Shown in pieces: positions 27,922 to 35,830 of a stretch of DNA of 64,000 bases. A model generated the notes under the pieces. That model was not told the origin of the DNA, did no database searches, and was given only the letters and a program-made list of their open reading frames with translations. This DNA is from Candidatus Polarisedimenticolia bacterium. GTDB lineage: Bacteria; Acidobacteriota; Polarisedimenticolia; Gp22-AA2. The number at the start of each line of letters is the position of its first letter. Position 1 is the first letter of the stretch. The stretch is taken from the NCBI GenBank assembly GCA_036001465.1, contig DASYUH010000014.1:40871-104870 (forward strand), written 5' to 3'. A program made the translations under genes and the position numbers.

Positions 27922-29050
27922 ACGATACCCCGGGCCGGGCGGCGAGCGACCAGCTCACCGTGCCCGGCTCGTGGATCGGCACGACCATCCGGGTGCGCAG
28001 GATGATCTCGCGGTGCGCCTCCGGCCAGGCGATCTGGATGATGCGGAGGGCGCGCGCCAGGCGGCGGGCGAGGCCCGGCACCTGCCGCCTCACCCGGAGG
28101 CGCCGCGGCCGGGACTCGACCAGGGGGGCGAGAAGGATGGACGTGCCCGGAATCGTCTCGCGGCGGATCAGGCGCGCTCCGGGAGCGCGCGGGCCGTGGC
28201 GGGGCGCTCCTGCGCGCCCGCTCCCTTCCGTGGCGAGGTCGGGTACCGTGAGCCTGGAGCCGGCCGCCGGGAACACCGCGACGGTACCTCCCGCGGTCCG
28301 CACCGCCAGGGCCCCCCTGCGAAGCGCCGCCGCCACGTGCGGCCCCTCTCCTGAGCCACCCGCCGCGATGGAGGCGATGCCGAGCGGGCCGGCGGGGGCC
28401 GACAGCGATCCGAGGTCGATCCGGTGCGCCGGACGCCCCTGCTCGGCGTCCTCGCGGAATCGAAGCGACACCTCGAGGACCCGGGGAGACGGGTACGCCA
28501 TGCGCAGGCCCAGGACGAAGGCCGACAGATCGTCGAGCGCCGTCTCGAGGCGCCGCCGCGCGAAGGCGAGCGAACGGCCGGGAAACCCCGCATCGAGGCG
28601 GCCGTCCGGCACGAGGGTCGTGAGGTGTTCGGTGCGTGCGATTTGATCGAACAGGCGCGCCAGGCGCCGCTCGCGAGGACCGCGCCGCCCGGTTCCCGGG
28701 ATCGTCGCGGCCAGGCGGCCGACCTCCAGCCAGATCTCCGCCTCGGCCAGGAATCCACGGACGTCCGGACCGAGCAGGACAGGCAGCCGGGCCGCCGGGG
28801 GGAGCGCGACCAGTGTCGAGAAGAGGGCGTCGAGCAGCGGCGCAGCGCGTGGGTGGGGCCTCGCGCGCGGCCGCGCCAGCAGGGCCCGGCTCACCCGCCG
28901 AAGACGCGATGTGGTCCGGCGGACGAGGCGGGCCGACAGGGCGCCTCTCCTGCCCAGGGGCTCATCCCAATGCCGGCTGGCGATGCCGATCGGACCCCCC
29001 TCCTCGCCCGAAGACCCGGACAGGCTCCTCGGGAGCTCATTCTCGTCCAA
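27467..29050 (-). CDS. HExxH-motif protein of the family associated with peptide modification (aKG-HExxH / TIGR04267-like); hypothetical
   Basis: 527 aa; invariant-looking motif LLHENSHHRLHDMEE followed by an Arg-rich tail; no other recognisable domain. Confidence 0.5.
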   Translation of the reverse strand: MDENELPRSLSGSSGEEGGPIGIASRHWDEPLGRRGALSARLVRRTTSRLRRVSRALLARPRARPHPRAAPLLDALFSTLVALPPAARLPVLLGPDVRGFLAEAEIWLEVGRLAATIPGTGRRGPRERRLARLFDQIARTEHLTTLVPDGRLDAGFPGRSLAFARRRLETALDDLSAFVLGLRMAYPSPRVLEVSLRFREDAEQGRPAHRIDLGSLSAPAGPLGIASIAAGGSGEGPHVAAALRRGALAVRTAGGTVAVFPAAGSRLTVPDLATEGSGRAGAPRHGPRAPGARLIRRETIPGTSILLAPLVESRPRRLRVRRQVPGLARRLARALRIIQIAWPEAHREIILRTRMVVPIHEPGTVSWSLAARPGVSFIHVAGKSLVDLADDLLHENSHHRLHDMEEASRLLRPGADTREVQAFDSPWRGTRRPLRGILHGAYTFLFRAGLFRRILRASRDHPRLLAADLGRSGPRLARRELRREIGMVGRALCDLRRSSAEGLLTPAGVRLVRQMTRVYRNVRRESR

Positions 29051-29077
29051 ATTGAAAATGCCCTACAATAGCCGGCC

Positions 29078-30148
29078 ATGATGCGCGTTCGCCTCCGCAA
29101 CCCGAAAGTCGCGGTCACTCTCCCGGCAGCCCTTCTGTACGTCTCGCTGGCCCGGGCGCAGGGGTTCGGCGGCACGGTGCTGGACCATCTGGTGCGGGGC
29201 GACAGCCTGCTGGCGCAGGGAAGGGGGAGCGAGGCGATCGCCCAGTTCCAGGAGGCGCGCACGCTCTGTCCGACGGATCCGGAGATCGTCGCGGCGCTGC
29301 AGGGCGAGGCGCGGGGGAGGCTCCTCCAGAACGAATGGCTGCCGGCGGTGGGGCTGCTCGAGGAGGCGGCGACCCGTTTCCCCGAGGACCCGCGCACCTC
29401 GAACCTGCTGTACCAGGCGGGGTTCGCCGCGCAGCGCGCCGGCGAGATCGATCGGTCCATCGACCTGTACCGCAAGGCCCTCGAGAAGAACCCGACACCG
29501 GACATCCTGCCGCCCCTGAAGTTCCAGCTGGCGCAGGCGATGCGCATGCGGGCCCGTCCGGGAGACGCGATCGAGGTCCTGAAGACCTTCGAGAAGGACT
29601 ATCCGGAGAGCAATCTGCTGCCGAACGTCCTGTACACCCTTGCCATCGCCACCCATGACAAGGGGACGGGGGACGGGGATGCCGCGCTGCTCCGGGAATC
29701 GGCGGCGATCTACGGCAGGCTGATCGAGCGCTTCCCCGGCAGGCCGGCGGCGAACGAGGCGCACTTCGAGATGGGCCTGGTCCTCTCCGAGCTGGGCCGG
29801 AAGTCCGAGGCGGCCGACTATTTTTCGAAGTACGTGACCCTGAACCCTGGATCGCCGGTGGCGGCGACGGCCCTCGAACGGGTCGCCGACCGGGAGCTCC
29901 TACGGTCACCGAAGCAGAGCGCGCAGTCCTACGCCCTGGCCCTGGTCAAGGCGAAGTCCAACCCGAAGCCGACCGATCCGGCCTTCGGTCTGAGCCGCTG
30001 GCTGCCGTTGAAGCAGACAGTCGCCGATCTCCTGTCGCGAGTCTGGATGGTGGCGCTCCTGGGAGTGGTGATCCTGGCGGCCGTCCTTCTGACGGGACGC
30101 CTGGTCCTGAGACGGTTCAGGAGGACCTCGCATCCCGTCGGGGCGTAG
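29078..30148 (+). CDS. TPR-repeat protein with C-terminal TM anchor
   Basis: 356 aa; signal-like N-terminus, several TPR-like repeats, C-terminal hydrophobic helix (VWMVALLGVVILAAVLLTG). Confidence 0.55.
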   Translation: MMRVRLRNPKVAVTLPAALLYVSLARAQGFGGTVLDHLVRGDSLLAQGRGSEAIAQFQEARTLCPTDPEIVAALQGEARGRLLQNEWLPAVGLLEEAATRFPEDPRTSNLLYQAGFAAQRAGEIDRSIDLYRKALEKNPTPDILPPLKFQLAQAMRMRARPGDAIEVLKTFEKDYPESNLLPNVLYTLAIATHDKGTGDGDAALLRESAAIYGRLIERFPGRPAANEAHFEMGLVLSELGRKSEAADYFSKYVTLNPGSPVAATALERVADRELLRSPKQSAQSYALALVKAKSNPKPTDPAFGLSRWLPLKQTVADLLSRVWMVALLGVVILAAVLLTGRLVLRRFRRTSHPVGA

Positions 30149-30166
30149 GAATCCGGGCGGGCGCCG

Positions 30167-30469
30167 TCAGTCGGCGTCGAAGGGACGAGGAGGAGGGTCC
30201 TTCGACTCGGCCGCCTTCTTGCGGGCCTCCTGGAATTTCTTCTCCAGGATCTCCTCGCGGTTGCGCGACTCTTCCATGGCGCGGGCGAGCTTGTTCTCCG
30301 CCTCCTCGCGCTGCGCCTTGACGTGGCCCATGGCCTCGTCGAGCGACTGGTGCACGCGCTTCTGGCGGCGCTCCTCCAGCAGGATCGCGCCGGTGCCCGG
30401 ATCGATGGTCAGGAGGGTGTCGCAGCAGGGACAGACGACCTTGAGGGACGTGGGCATGGTGCGGCGCAC
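30167..30469 (-). CDS. Small hypothetical protein with N-terminal Cys-rich (CPCC) motif and coiled-coil tail
   Basis: 100-aa ORF with VCPCCDTLL near the N-terminus, followed by a charged coiled-coil region. Confidence 0.35.
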   Translation of the reverse strand: MRRTMPTSLKVVCPCCDTLLTIDPGTGAILLEERRQKRVHQSLDEAMGHVKAQREEAENKLARAMEESRNREEILEKKFQEARKKAAESKDPPPRPFDAD

Positions 30470-30508
30470 CTTCGAATGATGGGGGGATTATAGCGTGAAG
30501 GGGGCCTC

Positions 30509-30835
30509 ATGAGTCACGACAAGCCGAAGAGCGCGTACGAGCTCACCCTCGAGAAGCTGAAACGGCAGGATCGCGAGCGCGGCGAGGCCGCCCCCGCCGC
30601 CCTCTCGGAGGCGCAGAAGAAATCGATCGCCGCCATCCGAAACGTCGCTCAGGCCAGGCTGGCCGAGCGCGAAATCCTGTATCGCTCCGAGCGTCTGAAG
30701 GTCCAGGCCGATCCGGAAGGGGCCGCCAAGCTGGAACAAATCGAAGCGGAGTACGCCACGGACAGGCGCAGGATTGAAGAGGAACGGGACCGGCAGATCG
30801 ACAAGGCGCGTACCGGGCGAAGGCGGGCTACTTGA
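30509..30835 (+). CDS. Small charged coiled-coil hypothetical protein
   Basis: 108-aa ORF, divergent from the CPCC protein; K/E/R-rich. Confidence 0.35.
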   Translation: MSHDKPKSAYELTLEKLKRQDRERGEAAPAALSEAQKKSIAAIRNVAQARLAEREILYRSERLKVQADPEGAAKLEQIEAEYATDRRRIEEERDRQIDKARTGRRRAT

Positions 30836-31655
30836 CCGCCTCGAAGATGTCGGCCAGCTCCAGCTCGGGGGTCGCGCCCGGCTGCGCTCCCATCCGGGTG
30901 ATCTCCCGTCCGTCGATCTTGACGATGATGGTCGGGATGCTGTTGATGTTTCGCCCCTGCCACGGCCCGGCCGCCGTGGAGAATCCCTTCGGCACGCCAT
31001 AGAGGTTCAGCTTGAGGTTGGGGTTCTTCACCTCCGACATGACGCGCAGGAACTTCGGCATGTGCTCCTTGCAGTGCGAGCACCAGGTGGCGAAGAAGGC
31101 GTCGATCTGCACCTTCTTGCCGTACTTGTTGATCCGCGTGATGGCAGCGGCGTTGGGCGAATAGAGCTTCATTCCCTCCCGGTATTCGGGCCGATCGGAG
31201 ACCAGCGCCTCCATCTCGACGGGACCGACGATCGGCGGGCGCATCAGGCAAGGAAGGATGCGGACCTTCTTGTCTTCGGCCTCGAACTGGATGATCGGGC
31301 CGTCGATCGAGAAGGCATAGGCCGGGGCGCCGTCCGGGGCGCCATCCGGGACTTCCACGCCGCCGTTCGTGGGCTTCACCCGGTCCCGCGGGACCGCCTG
31401 GACCTTCTTGGCGGTGAGGTCCATGAGCAGGCCCGCCTTGCAGGCCGGGACGTCGATGAAGAACTTTCCGCGCGCGTCCGACTGGTAGAACGTGGCCTCT
31501 TTCGGATAGCTCCCCTCCACCTCGACCGCGAAGTCGTAGTTCGGCCGGCAGGTGATCGACTGGGCCACGGACGGCGAGGCCGGGAGAAGGGCCAGGACCG
31601 CCAGGGCAGCCGGGAAAAGGGTGCTTCGCTGCGGGGTAGCGGGTTTCGGAGTCAT
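30828..31655 (-). CDS. Secreted thioredoxin-fold (TlpA-like) thiol-disulfide oxidoreductase with N-terminal extra domain
   Basis: Internal ATG at 31655 (signal peptide MTPKPATPQRSTLFPAALAVLALLPASPSVA); C-terminal Trx active site FFATWCSHCKEHMP. The ATG overlaps the upstream gene's stop (ATGA). Confidence 0.7.
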   Translation of the reverse strand: MTPKPATPQRSTLFPAALAVLALLPASPSVAQSITCRPNYDFAVEVEGSYPKEATFYQSDARGKFFIDVPACKAGLLMDLTAKKVQAVPRDRVKPTNGGVEVPDGAPDGAPAYAFSIDGPIIQFEAEDKKVRILPCLMRPPIVGPVEMEALVSDRPEYREGMKLYSPNAAAITRINKYGKKVQIDAFFATWCSHCKEHMPKFLRVMSEVKNPNLKLNLYGVPKGFSTAAGPWQGRNINSIPTIIVKIDGREITRMGAQPGATPELELADIFEAVK

Positions 31656-32602
31656 GAGGCCTCTGATGATAGCAGGTCTTCGGCCGCCGGGGGAGCGCCG
31701 TCGAAAATGGCCGCCACCCGGCCCTCCTCGAGCAGGAAGAAACGGGGCAGACGGCGGTACAGGGGCTTCAGGACCGCCCGGTCCACGTTTTTCGTATCGA
31801 AGGCCGGTGCGGCCGACCAGAGGAAGGCGGCCTTCTCCTCCTCGGTGCCGGGTGTGAGAGCCAGGACGGGGGGGGCGCCCGGCCGGGAGACGATCTGGTT
31901 CAGGACGGTGGCGGTCTCGACGGCCCCCGGGTCGGTGACGTCGATGAGGGCGACGAGGTGGCGCCCCTCCGACAGCTGGGGCGCCTTCTCGAGGAGGGAC
32001 AGGTCGCTCACGCTCCGGCCGACCGCCAGACGGGTGACGTACGGGTCGATCGGCAGGGAGGGGGACGCCAGGACGAAGGCGGCCGCCAGGGCGAGGCTCC
32101 CGAGAAGGACCGCCCCTCCCCGCCGCACCGGCATCCCGCGCCAACCCGCAAGCCCCCAGAGGGCCAGGACCGCCATCCCGGCGAACAGCAGGTCCTCGGC
32201 GATCACCTGCCCCGGGGTGCGCTGCACGTAGGCCCCGAAACAGCCGCACGACTCCGTCCTGCCGATCGAAAGGCCATACGTCTCGATGGCGATGAAGACG
32301 GCGAGGAGCGCCATCGCGCCCAGGCCGGCGAGGCGCGGCCGCACGCCTGCAATGAGCGCGACGCCGAGGACGATTTCAAGGACGATCAGGATCGGCGCCG
32401 CCTGCGCCGACAGGCGCGCCCCGAGAATCCCGTAGCCCTGGATCTGGTGGGCGAACTCGGCCGGATCCAGGGCCTTCAGCGTCCCCGCGACGAGGAAAAT
32501 GAGACCGAGCGTCACGCGCCCGACGTGGCCTGCGGCCCGGCGCCAGGGTGGGATGCGGGCTCCGTTCGCCGTGGCCGGGGCCTGGGTCGCTTCTGCCATC
32601 AC
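31652..32602 (-). CDS. MauE/DoxX-family membrane protein with C-terminal soluble extension
   Basis: 316 aa; 4 TM helices with MauE/DoxX-like pattern, then a ~130-aa periplasmic tail; operonic with the TlpA-like gene. Confidence 0.55.
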   Translation of the reverse strand: MMAEATQAPATANGARIPPWRRAAGHVGRVTLGLIFLVAGTLKALDPAEFAHQIQGYGILGARLSAQAAPILIVLEIVLGVALIAGVRPRLAGLGAMALLAVFIAIETYGLSIGRTESCGCFGAYVQRTPGQVIAEDLLFAGMAVLALWGLAGWRGMPVRRGGAVLLGSLALAAAFVLASPSLPIDPYVTRLAVGRSVSDLSLLEKAPQLSEGRHLVALIDVTDPGAVETATVLNQIVSRPGAPPVLALTPGTEEEKAAFLWSAAPAFDTKNVDRAVLKPLYRRLPRFFLLEEGRVAAIFDGAPPAAEDLLSSEAS

Positions 32603-32620
32603 GTTCCCTCGGGGCGCCTC

Positions 32621-32968
32621 TCAGACTTTGTGGGGCTCCCCGCTACGGTACAGCCGGATCTGCACTTTTTCCAGCGTCGCCAGGCCTTCCGGAATGGATG
32701 CGTCGATCACCGGCAGGAACGCCTCGATCTTCTCCTTCGAGTCGACGATCTCGATGACGATCGGCAAGTCCTCGGAGAGCCGAAGGATCTTGGCCGTGTG
32801 CAGGCGGCTGTGGGCGCCGAAGCCCTCCACCCCCCGCAGAACCGTGGCCCCGGCCAGGCCGCGCTCGCGCGCCTGGCGGACGATCCACTCATAGAGCGGC
32901 ACGCCGCCGTGCCGGTCGCTCTCACCCACGAAAATCCTCAGAAGATGCCCTTCCTCGGGAAGCATCAT
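32621..32968 (-). CDS. DUF190 (PII-like, COG1993) protein commonly linked to crcB
   Basis: 115 aa; PII-like fold signature (IFVGESDRH...GATVLRGVEGFG); 3 nt downstream of crcB. Confidence 0.7.
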   Translation of the reverse strand: MMLPEEGHLLRIFVGESDRHGGVPLYEWIVRQARERGLAGATVLRGVEGFGAHSRLHTAKILRLSEDLPIVIEIVDSKEKIEAFLPVIDASIPEGLATLEKVQIRLYRSGEPHKV

Positions 32969-32971
32969 CGT

Positions 32972-33355
32972 CTACCCCCAGATCAGCCGCACCGCGGCGC
33001 TGCCCGCCCAGACGGTCCCCAGGCCGACGACCACCTGGATCAGGACGTTGGCCATGGCCGCGAGCATCTCCCCTCCCCGCAGCAGCTGGAACGTCTCGTA
33101 GCCGAAGGACGAAAAAGTGGTATAGCCGCCCAGGACGCCGATCAACAGAAAGACACGCGCCTCGGGCGACAGGACGCCGCGAGCCTCGGAAAGGGCCGAC
33201 AGGATCCCGATCGCCAGGCAGCCGGTGACGTTCACGAACAGGGTGCCGTAGGGAAGGACCGAGCCTGCCGCCAGCCGGTGCACGGCCCCGCCGGCCAGGT
33301 ACCTGGCGATCGACCCAAGGAAGCCCCCAAAGCCGACTAGAAGTGTCTTGGTCAT
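32972..33355 (-). CDS. crcB: Fluoride ion channel CrcB/Fluc
   Basis: 127 aa, 4 TM, conserved GxLGGYTTFSSF motif (GVLGGYTTFSSFGYE). Confidence 0.85.
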   Translation of the reverse strand: MTKTLLVGFGGFLGSIARYLAGGAVHRLAAGSVLPYGTLFVNVTGCLAIGILSALSEARGVLSPEARVFLLIGVLGGYTTFSSFGYETFQLLRGGEMLAAMANVLIQVVVGLGTVWAGSAAVRLIWG

Positions 33356-33373
33356 GCGGCTCCCGGACCCCCC

Positions 33374-34828
33374 CTAAGGGCCGTAGTCGATGAACCCCGG
33401 GTTCAGGATGCCCGCGGGATCGTAGGTCTTCTTCAGGCGGCAGACCTCATCCCAGCGCGCGCCGAAGTGCTGCTTCCAGCGGGCGCGGTCGAACTCGATG
33501 AAGCCGGAGAGGTATCGGCTGGCGCCGACCGCCATGCTCAAGTCCGACATCATATTGAGCCGCTGCCGCGCCTGCGGCAACAGATCGGGAGGGACGCCCG
33601 GGAGGATGCCGAAGCCCATGACCAGCGGGGTCTGCGGGTGCATGAACAGCGGCACGCGCGACGACGTCCCCCGGCACGGCCAGAGCAGGACGTGCCCCCC
33701 TCCGAGGGCGGTCGGCGGCAGGTTCGCGAGCACCTGGGAGATGAACGGCTGGGCGGCCCCCCATGGCAGGATCGTCTCCGTCCAGGGGTGCGCCAGGGCC
33801 CAGTTGCCGATCCGTTTCCAGATGGCGAAGAGGGGCTCCATGCGGGCGGCGAAGAGGAGCGTGTCCTGGTCCTCGACATGCGTCCGCCTGTAGGGGGCGA
33901 GGCCCTGCAGGACGCGGGCGTCGTCGGGCGGGCCGCCCGGGTCGAGCTCGATCGTCAGGTGCAGGGGATAGAACCAGGCGGCGAACGCCTCCTTCCCCAT
34001 GGCGCCCATGCGAAACCCCTGCGGGCAGGGAACGCAGGTCGATTCGATGTAGTCGAACCGGTCCTGCTCGATGGCCAGCTGCGCGTCCCGCATGACGGCG
34101 CCCAGGTCGTCGTACAGCAGGAAATACGTGCGGGTCCGCGGCCGGCAGCGGCGCAGCGTGACGCGCGCCCGGGTGATCACGCCGAACTGGCCGAGAGTCG
34201 AGCGCACGGCGTCGAACACCTCGCGGTTCTGGCTCTCGGAGCAGGTGACGACGTCTCCCGCGCCGGTCACGACCTCCAGCTCGAGGGCCTGGTCCCCCTG
34301 CGCGCCGTGCCGGAACGAGGCGACGCCCAGCCCGGCCACGGAGATCGTCCCGCCGAGCGTGACGCCAAGATTGTTCGTGAGGACGGGCGGCACGAGCCCC
34401 TGCGGGATCGTCTGCCGCACCAGGGTGTCCCACTTCACGCCGGCCTGGCAGTCGGCCCATGGTCCCTGAGGGTCGATCACCAGGATGCGATCGAGGGAGG
34501 TGACGTCGAGGAGGATGCCCCCGTCCGTCAGCGCCTGGCCGCTCTGAGTGTGCGCCTCGGCGCGCGTCGCGACCGGAACGGAGTTCCTGCGGGCGTACCC
34601 GATGACCGCCGCCACGTCGGCGGTCGAGGCCGGACGCACCACGACGCCGGGCAGGCGCGTGACCATCCTGCCGAAATCGCCGCTGCGATCGGCGCGCGAG
34701 CCCTGGTCGTCCAGGACCTGCCCGGACACGATCCCCCTGAGGTCGCGCGCCAGGTTGCCTGCCATCATGCCGTCCACGGTGAGGCGGTCAAGGCCGGCCA
34801 TGATACGGGATCGGCGGTGGTCCTTCAA
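33374..34828 (-). CDS. FAD-linked oxidase (PCMH-type FAD-binding domain; cytokinin-dehydrogenase-like C-terminal domain)
   Basis: 484 aa; FAD-binding PCMH region (VVRPASTADVAAVIGYARRNSVPVATRAEAHTQSGQA) and C-terminal GILNPG motif. Confidence 0.65.
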   Translation of the reverse strand: MKDHRRSRIMAGLDRLTVDGMMAGNLARDLRGIVSGQVLDDQGSRADRSGDFGRMVTRLPGVVVRPASTADVAAVIGYARRNSVPVATRAEAHTQSGQALTDGGILLDVTSLDRILVIDPQGPWADCQAGVKWDTLVRQTIPQGLVPPVLTNNLGVTLGGTISVAGLGVASFRHGAQGDQALELEVVTGAGDVVTCSESQNREVFDAVRSTLGQFGVITRARVTLRRCRPRTRTYFLLYDDLGAVMRDAQLAIEQDRFDYIESTCVPCPQGFRMGAMGKEAFAAWFYPLHLTIELDPGGPPDDARVLQGLAPYRRTHVEDQDTLLFAARMEPLFAIWKRIGNWALAHPWTETILPWGAAQPFISQVLANLPPTALGGGHVLLWPCRGTSSRVPLFMHPQTPLVMGFGILPGVPPDLLPQARQRLNMMSDLSMAVGASRYLSGFIEFDRARWKQHFGARWDEVCRLKKTYDPAGILNPGFIDYGP

Positions 34829-34902
34829 CTATGCTCCTCACGCGACTTTCCGGGACGGAGCCCTGGTGTAAACTGGAACGCCTCAACGGAGAGATCGGCG
34901 CG

Positions 34903-35805
34903 ATGAACGGGAGATTGGCGCGAGGGTTCGTCACGGCGGCCTGCTGCCTGATCGCGGCGGCCGTTCCGGGACGGCCGCAGGACGATCAGCCGTCGGACGA
35001 GAGCCTGCGCTTCCTGCAGGAACGGGGCCGGACGATCGCCCTGTACCTCGATGCCGTCGAACGGGGGGCCGAGCGCTTCCGGCGGCAGAGCGGGCAGTCG
35101 AAGCCACCCGATCGGACCCTCGCGATCGTCGATCGGGACGGGTGGCGCGTGCTCTTCCTGAGGGACCTAGCCCTCGACGCGGCTCCGACCGGGCCGAAGA
35201 AAGGATTCCTGCTCATGGCGGAGACCTCCTTCAGCCCGGATGCGCGCGATGTGGGCGATTTGCGGGTGATGCTGCCTCCTCACGCCGCCCTGGCGAGCGT
35301 GCAGTCGTATGCGCGCGCCCTGGGGGAGGCCGAAACCGCCGCCGCGGCGCGTCCGGACGCGGGACTCCCCCTGGAGGAAGCGGTCGTGAGGGAGAAGGAC
35401 GGCACGTTCACCATCTATCTCACCTCGCACGCCAGGGACAAGGACGAGCCGGCGACCGGGGAGGGGGCTCCGAAGAGCGTGCGCTTCGGGCGCGACTTCC
35501 TCGTGCGGGTGGCCGCGAGCGGCCGCCAGGTGGTTTCGATCGAGCCCCTGCACTCGGAGGCCGCCAACGTGTCGCTCGCGCCGCGCGCGGCCGGACAGCC
35601 GACACTGCACACGCACGAGAAGGGGGATCTTCCGACCCCGACCGACGTGGCGCAGATCCTGCGCAACCCGGCGCTGGCTCCCCACCTCGTACTGACCCCC
35701 CGCTCGATGTTCCGCATCGACGCGGAAGGGGGGGTGACCTGGCTCGGCGCCAACCCGGTCCCTGCGGCGCCGAAGCCCGGGGCGGCCGGGGGAGGGTCGC
35801 CGTGA
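34903..35805 (+). CDS. Secreted hypothetical protein
   Basis: ATG at 34903 gives signal peptide MNGRLARGFVTAACCLIAAAVPG; no known domain recognised. Confidence 0.45.
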   Translation: MNGRLARGFVTAACCLIAAAVPGRPQDDQPSDESLRFLQERGRTIALYLDAVERGAERFRRQSGQSKPPDRTLAIVDRDGWRVLFLRDLALDAAPTGPKKGFLLMAETSFSPDARDVGDLRVMLPPHAALASVQSYARALGEAETAAAARPDAGLPLEEAVVREKDGTFTIYLTSHARDKDEPATGEGAPKSVRFGRDFLVRVAASGRQVVSIEPLHSEAANVSLAPRAAGQPTLHTHEKGDLPTPTDVAQILRNPALAPHLVLTPRSMFRIDAEGGVTWLGANPVPAAPKPGAAGGGSP

Positions 35806-35830
35806 GCGGAGCGCCCGCAGGGGGAGCGTC

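Noticed and set aside
34829-34902. Candidate fluoride riboswitch upstream of the oxidase-crcB unit
   Set aside because: Neither strand contains the conserved crcB-motif blocks; cannot be supported by eye.
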